From assembly GCA_951406725.2 (NCBI GenBank), contig OX597818.1, positions 7,440,001 through 7,504,000 on the forward strand: a stretch of DNA of 64,000 nt, given 5' to 3'. The stretch is from Octopus vulgaris. Its lineage: Eukaryota. A program made the translations under genes and the position numbers. This document shows, piece after piece, positions 39,260 through 54,160 of this stretch (position 1 is the first letter of the stretch; every line of letters starts with the position of its first letter). The notes below the pieces were generated by a model. The model worked only from the letters and a program-made list of their open reading frames with translations, did no database searches and had not been told where the DNA came from.

Positions 39260-40664
39260 GGATCTTTTCGTTTTGATGGACGGAATTTCTAGTTAACTAA
39301 ACAATTTGAAACTTCGTAAACTGGTAGAATGTGTCAAAAGAAAACATTATTGTTACTGGCTTTTTTGAGAAAATTGTAATTTGTAAGTTTAACGTAGTTT
39401 AATTCTTCGAATTTTAACCAATGAATTGCCAGCATTTGAGCTGAAATCATTTGCTGCGTTATCGATATTGATAAATAAACGACGAGACGCACGCCGCATA
39501 CACACACACACACACACACATATATTCAGATACATACACACGTACACTTGCACACACACACTCTCTCTCTCTCTCAAACACATGCATATACATTTGCATA
39601 AGCACATAGTAATTAATATATAAGCGTACTCACATACAAACGGAGATATACATACACACACATATGCACACACACACACACACACGTGTTATTCATCCTT
39701 CTCTCTTCTGTCTGTCTCCGCGCTTGCTGCGTTATCGATATTGATAAACAAACAAGGATGCTAGAAATAACAACCATATCTCTTAAATCGATGAATTTCG
39801 GCGCCCAATAAAAATATTAACGATCTTTTTTGAAAATTTTCTTTATTTTTTTTACCGAAAAGGCTTCTCCCATGGTTTTCCAGGGCCACAAGCAACAAAA
39901 ACAAAACAATAATATGCCTAAATCGGTCTAGAGTGGGATATGAGGGTACGCGTGGAGTGTGGGTCATATTGTAAAAAATTGCGAAATAATTGTTCATAAA
40001 AGGATGCCCCAGCTTGTCGGAGGCTGTGATATAAATTGGGAAAAAAATCCTCGACACAGTGCGTAATTGGTACTTAATTTATCGACACCGAAACGATGAA
40101 ACATTGATCCCCCCCACCATTTCTGGTTTATTTACCTTTTGTGTAAATTTGTTCCGGCAAGGGGCAAAACACAGAGGGGACAAAGCATGAGATACAAAAG
40201 TATTAAGTCGATTCTATCGACACCATTGCAAACTCACGAACGTGTATGTATGCTTGTGTGCGTATGTGTGTGTATGTATATCTCCGTTTGTATGTGTGTG
40301 TACGCTTATATATTAATTACTATGTGCTTGTGCAAATGTATATGCATGTGTTTGGGAGAGAGTGTGTGTGTGTGCAAGTGTACGTGTGTATGTATCTGAA
40401 TATGTGTGTGTGTGTGTGTGTGTATGCGGAGTGCGTCTCCTCGTTTGTTTATCAATATCGATAACGCTGCAAATGATTTCAGCTCAAATGCTGGCAATTC
40501 ATTGGTTAAAATTCGAAGAATTAAACTACGTTAAACTTACAAATTACAATTTTCTCAAAAAAGCCAAGTGAAAATAATGTTTTCTTTTGACACATTCTAC
40601 CAGTATACGAAATTTCAAATTGTTTAGTTAACTAGAAATTCCGTCCATCAAAACGAAAAGATCC
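39260..40664. mobile_element. non-autonomous DNA transposon with ~415 bp TIRs and 8 bp TSD (MULE/Foldback- or Merlin-like)
   Basis: GGATCTTTTCGTTTTGATGGACGG... at 39260 is mirrored by ...CCGTCCATCAAAACGAAAAGATCC ending 40664; TSD GGCGATTT at 39252-39259 and 40665-40672. Confidence 0.9.
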
Positions 40665-41109
40665 GGCGATTTTACTGCCAGAAAATCTCCAAGAAACCTG
40701 GAAATAGATAGAAATAATCTAAAATTGAATGGATTCTGAGTGAAATACAACATATGTCATCATCAAATAAACCAGATTTACGAACTGTATTTAAAATTTT
40801 CGACAATCCCATGTACTTACGAAATATTGAATGAATTCCGGAAACAAATTTCAGGTTTCCATTTATGTGGTAACATTTGCATTCTTAGACAAATAAGGGA
40901 ACAAACGTATACGCATACGATTTTATTTTCATTATTGAAAGTTATCCAAAGGCAAAATTCTCAGTTAAGATTCGTTTTTTTATTTTGTTTACATCTACGG
41001 CATCAAGGTCTGTCCAAATAACAGCATATCGTTATCGTGCATCAAGTAAATATAACAAACTTAATTTGATATCTTTCGTTGTAAACAAATAGGATATATA
41101 TATATATAC

Positions 41110-41223
<114 letters not shown>

Positions 41224-41487
41224 ATGAAAGAAAGAAAGCGAGAGGGAGAGGGAGAGAGAGAGAGAATTTTCAGAAATTCTCCATATCTCCAGCCGAAATA
41301 CATATCCCTACGGAAATACTTCTGTAGAAACAAATGACTAAATACACATTTAAAATATCTTTTCTATTCTCACACTCTCTTTCTCTTTCTTTTTTTTCTC
41401 TCTCTCTTTCTCTAACTGTTTCCCTTCTCTATTTCTTATTCTCTCACGTTATCAACTCTCTTTCGCTCTCGCAGTCTCCCTATACAT

Positions 41488-41572
<85 letters not shown>

Positions 41573-41576
<4 letters not shown>

Positions 41577-42800
41577 GATTGGACAAAATATTGGAGACAC
41601 CTTAAACTTTCAAAGAAATTTATTTTAATATGGAGTAGGACTAACTTTGGCTGTAATTACAGCTTGAATTCTACGATATATGGACTCATACAAACTTTGA
41701 ATTGTTTCTAAAGGAATGTTGTCCTTTCTTCATCTAAAACAATCTCCAGTTCTTGTAGTGATGATGGTGGAGGATATCGATTCTTTTTTTTACTAAAATG
41801 CACCATAAATGTTCAATGAGATCTGAGGACTGTGGTGGCCAGATAAGATGTTTATCTTCACTAGAATGTTCCTCGTGCAATTCAGTAACAACTTTAGTTG
41901 TGTGAATTGGTGCATTATCATTCTGAAAGATTGCGTTTCCCTTCGGAAACAGTCCTGCAACCTTAGGATGAATTTGATAAGATAAAATGCTTAGTTTTGA
42001 CTATTAATTCTGCCATGAAGGTAAACCATTAGGTTGGCGAATTTCCACGATATAGTTCTCCAGATCATCACAGATCCTCCTCCATGTTTAACAGTTGGAA
42101 GAAGGCAGGCTGGGTCAAATGCTTCTTTTGGCAGTTTACACACGAATACTCAGCCGGTTGTCGGAAATAATGCAAAAGATGACTCGTCCGCGAAAATAAC
42201 ATTCTTCCACTGCTCTATAGACCAAATCTGTAGAATATTTCTTCACTCTAAACGGTTTGCAATATTTATTTTTGAAAGTAGTCGTTTTCTGATTGCGGTC
42301 CTCCTGTGAAATCTAGCTTTGTGCAGCTCCCGGCGAAACTGGGTTCTCGAGGTGGTCATTAAGCAATGCAGTAATTTTGGGAGCTGTACTTTTGTGATCC
42401 TTTCCAACAATTTGCCTAAGAATCCGACTGTTTTGGTTTTCTGCCGCAGTGTTTTTTCGACGAGGAGGTTTCTCCCTCTTTCTCAAAGTCTGTCATTACT
42501 TTCGAGACAGTTCTTCTTGATACCTCAACTATTTCAGCTCTTTTCGTTATCCTAGCGCCTGTCATTCGAGCACCAACAATTTGACCTCTTTGACGGTCCG
42601 ATAGATCTGTCCTTTAATGAATTTTAAGTACCTTTTTCTGATGACATCTGAAAAGAAAGAGCAATTTTAGCAAAACATATTAAGCAATACTAACAATAAA
42701 TAAAAAATAGAAATAAAGAAGCTTTTGACGGTTTTATAGATATTTTAGAATTATGATGCTATGATGCTAGATGTTTCCATCATTTTGTCCAACCGCTCTG
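41573..42800 (-). mobile_element. Tc1-like transposon, full length, transposase disrupted
   Basis: TIRs CAGAG..TTGGACAAAAT..TGGA.ACA.CT at both ends within TA context. Minus strand: DLSDRQRGQIVGARM, WKNVIFADES, FQNDNAPIH, WPPQSSDL.EHLW, PTPY*. Confidence 0.92.
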
Positions 42801-42837
42801 TATATACATTGTGTATATATGTTGATATATGTATATA

Positions 42838-42928
<91 letters not shown>

Positions 42929-43599
42929 GTGTGTGTGTGTGTGTGTGTGTGTTTGTTTGTGTATGTGTGTGTCCGTGTGTTTGTATGTACATATATATAT
43001 ATATATATGTATACTTACATTTTATTCTGTTGGGATTGCTCTCCATTTCGATTATTTCTCTCTTCAGCTCTCCTTATGTTTCTCTCTCTCCCAACCTACT
43101 CCGTCTCTTCCTTCACACTTTCTATACCAAACTATTTCCCTCCTCTCTATCTTTTCACGTATTCGATAAAACTCCAGTTTCTCAATTTACATTCCTCACC
43201 CTTTCGTCTCAAAACTCTAGTTGCTCTTCTCTCAATAGCTCCAGTTATTCTTCCATTTTAGCCTATTCTGTCCCTCCACCACATTCTTTTTTGCGAAATT
43301 CTCTCCCACCCACTAATTCACTTTCACCTCCATGTATCCGTTCGCTCCCCTTTCTCACCCTTCATATTCTATCTCCTCTTACCATCCCATTGTTCTCTCT
43401 TATCTAAACCCCTTCTTCTTCGTATCTCCGTCTCTGCTTACTCCCCTATCTCCTTTAATATTCCTACCATTCCTTCACTATTCTTTCTCTGCACCCCAAA
43501 CCTCTATTCTCTCTTCCCTTGTCTCAAATTCCTTGTCTCTCCCTCTCACTCTCTTCCTCGCTCGCTCACTGTCACTTGCTCTCTCTCTCTCACCCTCTG

Positions 43600-45750
43600 C
43601 ACACATGGTCATACACCATAAAGAAGAACGTAAGTATTGCAGTGAATATATCGAGAAACTGGGATTATCGTAAAAAATGGTTCACCCAACAAACTTATTT
43701 CGGCTGCCCTGATTTGCCAGAACCGTGGCACAAACAGAGCGAAAAAATGTCACATTATCCGCTCCTTTGCACTCATCGGACAACACTTCAGCAAACTGGA
43801 TGCCAATTTTTAGAGTGGTGAATACCAGATCGAAACGCCAGACACAGAAAACAGTGTCAATGTTGAATCCTCATGTAGAAATCCCCAAAAGTAAGGCAAA
43901 ACAAAGCAAACATATCACGAGGATATTCATATTCAAGGAGATAATAAACTTGGAAAGGAAAAGGAAACGAAAATTCTTAAGAAAAGCATCGCCAACGCCA
44001 CCTCCCAATGGAACGGAAAAAGAAAAAGAGCCTGCCGGAAGTCTGATGAAAGAGAGCTCGAAGCTAAAAAGAGAACGACCGAAAGAAATATAAAAAAATA
44101 AAAAGAAAGAAGTTATGTGAAGTAGCTACCGTCTCAAACTCTACGTAAAAGGTGTCTACTGGCTTGGAGAGATGAGGACGAACTGCAAAGCTCAGGAATG
44201 ACGGAACACATGCCAAAACACCACTCTCCATTTAACCAAAAGATAGATTAATATTGTACCCAAATAGACACATATATTAATGCAGACAGACAGTGAAGAA
44301 GACTTCAAAAAGGATGTACGGAAATGCAGTATGAGCTGCAACCGTAGGACAAGAAAATAGCAGAAGAATAGCACAAAAAGATTGCAGCAGCTAGCATTGT
44401 TGAAAGGAAATTAAGCCAGGCACAACCACATACAATACTCCACAAATAATAACCGCGAGTAGTCACTATTGCTACCAAGCCGATAATCACACCAATTCTA
44501 CTGATGGCTGTCACAGGTTTCACACAAACTCAACAGTAACCGCAAGATTGCCTGCCTGATGATCTTTCTTTATGTATTCAAGCAATATGCATTACATTTA
44601 CGGAGACACATCTGTTTTTAAACATAAATGATGCTGTGATACATATACCATTTTTATACTCTAATCTGTAGACAGGAAAAGGAACCCTGGTGGATTTGTG
44701 TTGTATGTCCGTTAAGATGTCATACCACTAACCTTGTTAGCACACCCAAACACAGTCTATGATCCAATGCATTTAAAACAGCTTAACCAAATCATGCCTC
44801 AAATCATATTGTTAAATTCGAAGAAGGCCTTACGATGATAAAAGAAGTACCAATAAATCTAGGTCAATGCCGTAATATACTTCTGATAGTTGACTTCAAC
44901 TTCCCCAATATCAGATGGTCAGGAGGCGACATTACTTCAGATATGATAAGCAAAATGAAACAAGCAGAATCTCTATTTGATCTTACGAAAATGATGTTCA
45001 TGGAGCAAGCCATACTATTTCCAACTAGAAACAATAACATCTTAGACCCCTGCTTCCCCAACAGCGCGGAACTGACCATGCGTAGTCCAAAATTAATTAA
45101 AGATGTATTGTACTCAGAAAGCAACCAAACTGGAAGTCAATTCCAAAACAGACACTCCAGCAAAATCGGCTTAAGAAATTGATAGGAAACTTAAAGAATA
45201 AAAAAAAAATAACTTGCTCACAAAGACAAAATATGGCTTTCGTATAGAGAGAAGCAACTTCACGCAACTACGACAGCATTATAATTGGTACCGAAACAAC
45301 AGCTCAACTACTCAAATATGGACGTGACATATCACGACTTTCCCGAGTCATTTGACGAAGTTGATCATGAGATGACATGTCTCAAATTCTGTGACATCAT
45401 TATTCCTAGAAAATTAAAGCGAGTGATTGCATTGAAAGTCAAACGTTAGACACTTTTAGCCAAAAGTGCTTTCAATGGGAAGCATCAATTCTGAAGCAAG
45501 TCCCTCAGAGAATTGGACTAGGACTAGTATTGTTTCTGGTGGCTCTCTAAGATAGCCCTCACCCAAACTGTTAACCCCTCTCACCAGATATGCTGATGAT
45601 AAAAAAATATCACTGGCAGTCAAGTAGATCCTAAAATTGCAGCATTAGAGTTTTACGAGAAGTAGAGGTGGAAGTCTTCAGAGAACGTCTAGATAAAGTT
45701 TTATCTAAGATACCAGTTGAATCTACATCGCGGCTGGAGACACAAAGCAG
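43600..45750 (+). mobile_element. CR1-group LINE, heavily deleted
   Basis: APE motifs ITFTETHL, DRKR..GG.VLYV, ILLIVDFNFPNIRW, EQAILFPTRNNNILD; RT motifs YGFR, DF..SFDEVDH, VPQ, YADD (45589); C-terminal LDKVLSKIP. The 5' boundary is uncertain. Confidence 0.8.
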
Positions 45751-47150
45751 ATCCATCCCACTTTAGTACTTCACCAGAAAAAATGAAGAAAAGGGAACCC
45801 GAATCGCAATCACATTAAAAGACAGTGACCAACTTGTCCTCAACCTCTGGATGAAGCTGATTAAACAATAAAGCAAAACTGTATCCATCCATCCATCCAT
45901 CCATCCATCTCTCCATCTATCCATCCATCCATCCATGTATACATACATACACACACACACACACGTATATATATACATGCATGAACGTATATTTATTTAT
46001 ATGAATATATATGTTGTGTGTGTATCTATATAAATAGATATATGCATATATATATATACACACACATTTATTTATTTATATATACATTCATACACATATA
46101 TATGTATATATATGCATATATATATATGTTTACATGAGCATATATATATATGTGTGTGTGTGTGTGTGTCGGGAGGGAGACAAAGAGAGAAAAAGTGCGT
46201 GTGAGAGAGAGAAACATTGAAGCATAAAGATAAACGAATTCAAGAATGCTGCATTGTTTTACAGTTCACCAGATGCAAATTTTAGTTTATTTTAAAAGAG
46301 AAAAATAGAAAAGCTTGACATTTATGTTTTTTGAATGCCATTAAGAAACTTTAGGGAATAGAAATTGCTTCAACTGATGTGTAAATCTTTTCACAAACCA
46401 ATATTACTAGCATTTTACTTCCTGTTCTCTGTCAGTCATCTTGATGCCACTAGCAAGAGAAAATATTTTATTGAGATTAAATTAAATTTACAGTGTTCAG
46501 ATCTTTGCATTAACACAAATAATTATTCTTACAAAACCAGCTCAGTCATTGTGTAATCATGCAAGAAAGTAAACCGTCAAATGCGAAGCGGGGGAAAAAT
46601 CAGAACATCGTAGAGAGATGTAAACATAAGATAAGATATGCCTCATTATGGAAGTCAACTAAGAATAGAACAAACAAAATATAATATTTAAATTATTATT
46701 AAAGTCTACCAAACATACATTTATCTCAGAAATACAGATCCATTTTGTCACTGTTTCCTTTCGGTAGGATCGACCTCTACTTTTCACTGTTAAATGAATA
46801 ACAATTATTTACCTCCATGTTGCAACTTAAATATCTGCCGTAGGTATAATATGGTGGCATACACATTTTCAATTATATTAAAAAAAATAATTAATATCAG
46901 AGCTATTTAACTTAATTTTATTTATAGCAGAGCTATGCTAGCCCAAGCGCCTTTAGTAGAGCTCCTGGCTGAAATTTGAAAACCTTAATGTGTTTGACTT
47001 CTAGCAACCGATTTTTGCTTTTCAATTGAAACCCTCATTTTTCTCTCAGACCAGAGTCAATGCATTTAACTCTCACTGGATGAATGAGAGTCAATGTTTC
47101 TGAGAGATCTATTAGAAATAGCAACGAATCAGAGTCCATCGGATAACTTA

Positions 47151-48308
47151 TTGGATTGGCAAGAAAGTAATTTCGGCTTTTTAGTGTGAATAAAAGAATG
47201 AAGTTGAATCAATTATATATTTTCCATTTGTTCGATGATCTTTTGCAATCTTTCTGACAACTTCATAATTCCGAGCTCATAGAGAGTTTGGTCCTTATCA
47301 GCCAAAACCTGAAGCAAGTGCGATTTCAGGTCATTATCATTATTTGAAGTTTTACCATTCAAACAATTTTGCCGACTTCGAAATAAGTGGTAATCTGATG
47401 ATGTAAGGCCAGGACTATATGGTGGATGTGGCATCACTTCCAAAGCAAGCACCAATAATTTTTCACGAGTTAGCAAAGACGTGTGTGTGGTCTAAAGTTG
47501 TCATGGTGGAACACGAATTCCTTACAATTTCACAATTCTGGCCGTTTTTCTTTCCTTGATTCCCCTAGATTCATTAGTTGTTGAGAGTAAACATCTGAAT
47601 TGATCTTTCAGTTTCTTGGAAGCAGCTCAAAATACACAACAGCATTGTAATCGCACCAAATTGACAGCATGACCTTTTGTTGATGCAATTCAGCTTTCGA
47701 TGCGGTTTTGTGCTGGTTCATTATGCTTAGACGATGATCGTTTTCGATTGATGTTATTGTAAACAGTCCATTTCTCATCACCAGTGATGATTCATTTCAA
47801 AAAGAGGTCGATTAATTTGCGTTGGAGATGTATATCTCAAATATTGATTCGCTGTGTTAAGTGAGTCTCTTTCAATTTATGTGGAACCTAAATATCGAGC
47901 TTCTTAACGAGTCATTTTAATTGATTTTCAATTGTGCGTGATACATTTAACCTGTCTGCAATCTCTCGCACAGTTATATGACAATCAGATTCAATTAAGT
48001 CTTTGATTCGATCATCATCAACTTCAGTAGGTCGACCAAACGTTGGTCATCTTTCAGCGAAAAATCTCCTAAAATGAATATTTTAAATCATTTCTAACAT
48101 GTGCGGAAATAAAAAAAGCAAAAAATGGCGAACATGTTCGTCTTTGTACTCCTTGTTAATATTGACAAAATTACGCGCAATTTGTTTCTTAAGTAAACTT
48201 AAAAGTAAAGATATCAAATGTCAAAAGGGAGAAATCATAACATTGACAAAAGTTATTTAAAAAAATTGTTTATTTGCGAAAAATGAAAATACTTTCTTGC
48301 CAACACAA
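47151..48308 (-). mobile_element. mariner transposon, full length, transposase disrupted
   Basis: TIRs TTGGATTGGCAAGAAAGTAATTTC / GAAATACTTTCTTGCCAACACAA flanked by TA; motifs ITGDEKW, FHHDN, HPPYSPGLTSSDYHLF. Confidence 0.93.
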
Positions 48309-50439
48309 TAGTATACGTTAAATGATATCTGAAAAGAAAAAAAATATGCTTGGTGTTCGCTTGAACAGTTAATGTGCACTGATCTAGAGCTATCAACTAA
48401 CAATACTTCTTACACAATACACTTCTTTCGGAGACATATCTCAACAAAATAAAGAAAGGTATTTATTGTAAATATAAAATGGTATTTTATTGGGCATTTC
48501 GTTAGTCATATATTCAAAAGTTATGCAAGTAGAAGGGAATTTTCTGTAATGCGCTTAAATTGATTTTTGAAACCATTATAAGCATAGCAATTAATGCTGT
48601 TGGTTCAGTAATTTAAATGAACACGGTACAACTCATATCACTACAACTATGAAACATTACTCATAATAAAAACTGCAAGCAGCATATTGTCTATGAGAAT
48701 TTATTTGATATTTGTGATAGTTGAAGTTTTGTGGAAACAATATTTTCTTTATTTTTCTTCATTTACGCTATGATAATATTCCAGTACCATTTCTTGTGAT
48801 TGTGGAAAATATAATCTCTAAATGTAAGTTAATTTTACCTCCAAATAATATTATTATATGACTGTTGTTCTTTTCTTCTTTTTTCCTGATTCACCCCAAA
48901 GTTTTCCTTGCTAGTACATGCCTAATTTCATGCTTCATAGAACAAGAGTCGCATGCATTCTCCTGGACAGATAGTGTCATCTTAAAAGCCACACGTATCT
49001 ACGGTGAATAAAGACTAGGTTATTCAAGTAACTTAGGCTCTTCAGTAAAACAAAAGCTACTATAAAAATAATATTTTGTACCTGAAAACGACAGCTGGAA
49101 GTGCAGTTTATTCATACTCATATTTTTCCAGCAATAGTCATTTACGGAGTATAAGTTATCAACAAAATGAATCCTAAGCCAAAGTGACGGATTATGCAAG
49201 CCGATATTAGAATTATATTATGGATAACAAACAGGGTTGATTACTTTTTCCTACCATTATATTAAATCATTATTAGTACAATTCATTCTATAGATATATA
49301 CATGCATTGAAACATATACATGTTCTCTTCGCTTTTTAATTATTTGAATTGCTCCTCTTAGGAACAAAGGTACGAAGCGTCATTACTGGAATGTGGATAG
49401 CAAAACACGATGTTACATCTTAAACCTAAGAAAAGTTTTGCAAATATTTCCTGTTCCACTTAAAGATCAATGCGATTTAGTTGATTGATTTCTTTTTCTG
49501 GGAACCCTAGCTTATCCCTATTGCTACTTTATGTATGTATGTATGTATGTATGTAAGTATGTATGTATGTATGTATGTATGTATGTTTTGTTTTGAGTTT
49601 ATTTAAGTTCTCTTTAAGAGAGTTTAGGTCGGTAGCTAATAAATCGACAAGACTTTTTGAGTTAAGAGATTTTACTGTATTTCTAAATATGCGGTTGGGT
49701 TAGTGTGTTCGTTGAGCTGTCGATGCACAAACCTAAATGAGAATCTTGGATGAAGAATGTTTGAAATGGCATTCAAATCTTCACTGTGCCGCTATTAGAA
49801 TGGATTATAAGAATCCGCGTCTGCTTCTTTTACTCTTTGTTCAACAAACTTAGTATTTCTAGGATTTTGTGTAAATTTGTAAGTAGATAGCTTTAAGCTT
49901 TTATGATGATAGGTACAAAGGAGAATTTGTATTTAGGGCTCAAGAACTGTAAGTTTCGCCTAATTAACCATAAACATTGTCTTCTTTTCTGGATATCGGC
50001 TAGACAGCTAACCTTTACAACATTACATGAATTTGTTGCCAATCCCATAGAACAATACCAGATCATATATATTTGTACCGAATTTCTGATTTTATTGGAG
50101 TGTTCCACCAGTATTCTTTGCTTTAAAGGTGTGAACACATGCTGGTACAATCATCTCTTTGATGTAAAACCTAATTAAAAGCTCACTGAAACCAACACAC
50201 CCAAGGGAAAGTTTTACTCAATTGACTTCAATGTATCGCAGTCTGACGGTGGCTTAACTGATCCAAAAGTCACTATTCACAATATTCTTGTTTAAAATAA
50301 ACTTGTCCTCTGCAAAAGTATAGAGTAATCCCTCAGATTCATTTAAATTTGTTTTATATAGCTAAACGTAAATCACCAACACACTTACATACATATGTGT
50401 GTGTGCGTATATGTATGTATGTATATATACATATATATT

Positions 50440-50471
<32 letters not shown>

Positions 50472-50544
50472 TATTTCCTCTATTTCCTCTATTTACATAA
50501 TATTGAGGTCTCTTTCTTTCTTTTGTTATCTTACCGTTTTATCA

Positions 50545-50605
<61 letters not shown>

Positions 50606-52151
50606 CATATATATATACAGTGTGTGTGTGTGTGAGTGTGTATACGTGCGTGCGAGCATCAGAGAGCAACACATGCAGAGAGGTAAGCGAAGCAACGTAT
50701 TTCATTACTGTGATAACAATGCTATATAAATTGCAAATTAAACATTTGCACACTTTTCTGGGAGGAATTTACGGCGACCAGACATCATTACCATATTTCT
50801 TAAGGCAATGACCGTAGTAGAATGATAAGAATAGAATCACATGTTTAAGTGATAGCTCATTGAATAGTTTTACTTCTCTTTTCTTCCCTCATTTCTTGAT
50901 ATCTTCAGGTTAATTATAGAGATACTATTTAAAAATGTATACGTTTTCGTCACAAGATGCTAGTTGGCTAAAGAAAGAAAAGCACATGGGCTATTCGAAC
51001 GTTTATTATCTTAAATATTGAACTGCCGGCTTCAGCAAAAGTAATTTTACAGTAATCTTTAATCAAACCACTTATTTAGTCACTAGCTTCCAGATATATT
51101 GTAAATAGTCAGATCTGAAATGTTTTCAGAACTCCGCACGATAAGGTCTTTCACTTTACATTCAAAATTCAAATATTTCCAGTATGAATTTTTCCTTTCA
51201 CCTGATCAGGTCAGTTAAGATATAGGTTCAGAAATCTGTTTAGTTCAAAACACAACTTAGCTATAATATGATGTTACGCGCTTACGATGAAAAAATACAA
51301 CACTTTAGCATATATTTTTCCAATTTATATAATAAAAGTGAAGTCCTTTTCAGTTCCTTCTTCTATTTTTAATAGCGGTTACGTTGCTCTCTTTCCCTGG
51401 TTCCCAAAATGTTCAACCTTTCAGTGTTAACGTTCATTATCATGTAATTTCCACTTTAAAATATTCTAAAAAGTAGCCATCTGTTCTTTAATTAAAGTTA
51501 ATTTGTGTTATGCATTATCCTCAATGATCACATGAAAGTTGTGTACATATGTATACCGTGCATTCTGGACGTTTTCTAAACCTTGTGAACAATCCAGAAC
51601 TCACTGATACTATGTTAGTTTTCTTACATAGGTTTCACTTATTCTTAATGCTTCCATAAAGGACTGCAAAAATGGACTGATAGCTATAACTTTAATAGCC
51701 TTTTAACTTTCGGAGGTGCGTTTTGGATTGCAGTCTTGTACCCATATTACAGTGTACGATTCGACAATCGTTCAAGCTCCAGTTACATGGCTACACAGTG
51801 AGGAAGTTCAAGAAAAATCGGATTCTAGCATTTCCTTGCAGAGTAGCCAGTACAGTTTCGCCTTGCACGATTGTCGGATTCGTGCAGGGTACGTTATAGA
51901 AACTTGTCAGATTATAGCACTAAACGAATTTGAACCTTGAGGGAGCAATCATATTACTTATGCACTCATTTCATGGTAAGTATCTCTCACTGTGTTGTGC
52001 ACTTTCCTACTGTCTGTACCAGCAAAGAAACACTGATCAACACTTTCTCTCTCCCTCCTCCCTCTCTCTATATATACACATATACACACATACATATATA
52101 TTGTGTATACATAATTATATAATATATATAAATATATAAATATATATATAT

Positions 52152-52189
52152 AGGCACATGAGTGGCTGTGGGTATGTAAGTTGCTTACC
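52152..52189 (+). mobile_element. SINE family A 5' head (split by insertion)
   Basis: AGGCACATGAGTGGCTGTGGGTATGTAAGTTGCTTACC. Confidence 0.85.
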
Positions 52190-54160
52190 TTACTACAGTA
52201 GAGTTCGCTTTTTTTCATGGTGCTTGGAAGTCTGTTTTGTTTTTGGGGGCTTAGTGGCGTTTGTTGCTCTGTAATTAATAATTTTTGTTGAGCAGCATTC
52301 TCCACTCTCTTCCAGACATTTGCCTTTCTGTGGTCCTGCGAAAAGATTCACTTTGCAGTGAGAATTGTGTTTTGGGGAAGCGAATTCCCCCCGGAAAATG
52401 TTTTGTTTGTAAAATTGTCTTTTTCTTGTCTGTGTCCGTGCCGAGAATTACCTTTGGATTTACTATTCTGGCAAGGAGTGCGAAGACGGCAAGAATATAA
52501 TTTTTGTGCATATACGGAAAACTGCGAATTGTGGATTACCTGAGTGGCAGAATTTTGTTGCCAGTTGAACTGTCTTCATTCTTTTCTCGTCTGTCTTTCT
52601 GTTCCTTCTTTGTGCTTTATTATTGACTTTTATTTCAACATTTTGGACATTTTGATTTTTGGAACATTTTATTTTTATTTGATTTTTAAAAAATGGCAAC
52701 AAAGAATACCACTTTGGAGTGGCGAATTGTGGCCCCCAAAGAATGTCTCAAAAATTATACTGAGAGAACGGTGGTTTTAAGGACCTAATCTAGGGCGCCT
52801 TGAAACCATCACTGTGTTCTCTCAGCCTGAGATTGAAAAAGAATTGGCAGAGTACCTGCCGAGTTTTAAATTTATCCGTAGGGGAGCAAAGTATGGAACT
52901 GTGTGTGTACTCTTTGACACCGCTACGGAGGCACAAAAATTTACGTGCCAACCGGTGGAAAGAGAGAAGATTTTGTTTCTCAACACATGCGGTGGGTAAA
53001 AATTAACGAGAGCTTGGGTGCGTGGGTTGCCACCCGGAATTGAGCCCGAGTGGATAGAGGAGACTATCCGCCGGGGTCTGGGTGGCAGTAACACCAGGCT
53101 ACTGAATGTAAGGATTATGCCTGCGATTGACTGGGTGAGGTCAAAAGCTGTTTTGATCCTATGGACCCAGTCAGCCGAAGATCTGGTAATACCGGATTTT
53201 TTGACGTTGGCGGGTTCCAGGCACCCGGGGATCCTTGAGTGACGCCCCCCCCAACTGTCACCTGTGCCTGGAAGCAGGCCACATAAAGAGGAACTGCTCC
53301 AGGAACCAAGCTAGGGAACTGGAGCAGTTAATAGAGGATGTTTTTCCTCCATCGGAGCCTCCTGATTATTTAATGGAGGGAGAGGAAAAGAAAGTCGAGG
53401 AGGTGGTAACCCCCTTGAAAGGAAAAAAAAAGAAGGTGGACAACAATGGTTGCCCACCTATGGATTCTGAGGCGGCGGAAGTGAGGGAAGACTCCCGGAC
53501 AAGTTAGAGGAACTCCACGCTCCCGTCGAGAAGAGGAAATAAAGGAAAAAGAAAGAAATTAACGGGACATCACTGGCAGTTGACGATCAACTGCCAGCAT
53601 GCCAGTCCATCCGAGAAAGAGGAAAGATGAGTTTGTCATACTTTTTCTGAAGGGAGTGGCGATAGAAAGCTTCCTAAGGAGGCGAGAAGGCTGGACGGAG
53701 GAGCACTTAGCCTGGACCGAAACCCGAATTCGCCTTCGCAGGTGACTGCGAAGGTCATATCGGATATCAACATGTCCAGGGTGTTGCGCTCCTTTACGAA
53801 GGACTTGTTTAGAGTGGATTTTTGGGACCCCGACCGGGATCCGGAGCAGTACCTATGGGCAGCTCACAGCCTGGTCTGGGACGAAGAAGAATAGGCTTAG
53901 CGCCGAAATATGTAAATATATTTTTATATTTGTAATGATTAATATTGTCGTTATTTTAGACGAATTGTAAGAGGTTCATTGCCCCATGTAATGTATTGTT
54001 AAAGAACAATGTTATAGAGAAGCAGAGGGTCGGCAGGCGCCTTCTGTCTTCTCTCATCCTTATCATCCTTGCATCATTATCATTCATTTCATTAATATCT
54101 TGTCCAGCCCGCAAAGCTAGCTAATCTGAATACAGTCTTCATGAAAAATTTAATGAAATA
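52190..54160 (+). mobile_element. ORF1-only Tx1/L1-like non-LTR retroelement, copy 2, inserted in a SINE head
   Basis: Imperfect 16 bp TSD ATGTAAGTTGCTTACC (52174-52189) / AAGTAGCTTGCTTACC (54161-54176); same architecture and same 3' end (...GAAATA) as copy 1. Confidence 0.87.
52693..53915 (+). pseudogene. disrupted ORF1/gag-like gene (RRM-like + CCHC knuckle)
   Basis: MATKNTTLEWRIVAPK..., EIEKELAEYLPSFKFIRRGAKYGTVCVLFDT, GLPPGIEPEWIEETIRRGLGGS, CHLCLEAGHIKRNC; several stops and frameshifts. Confidence 0.8.

Noticed and set aside
49903-50178. YLGL...KFRLINHK, faintly GIY-YIG-like ORF
   Set aside because: Too weak to call without a profile search.
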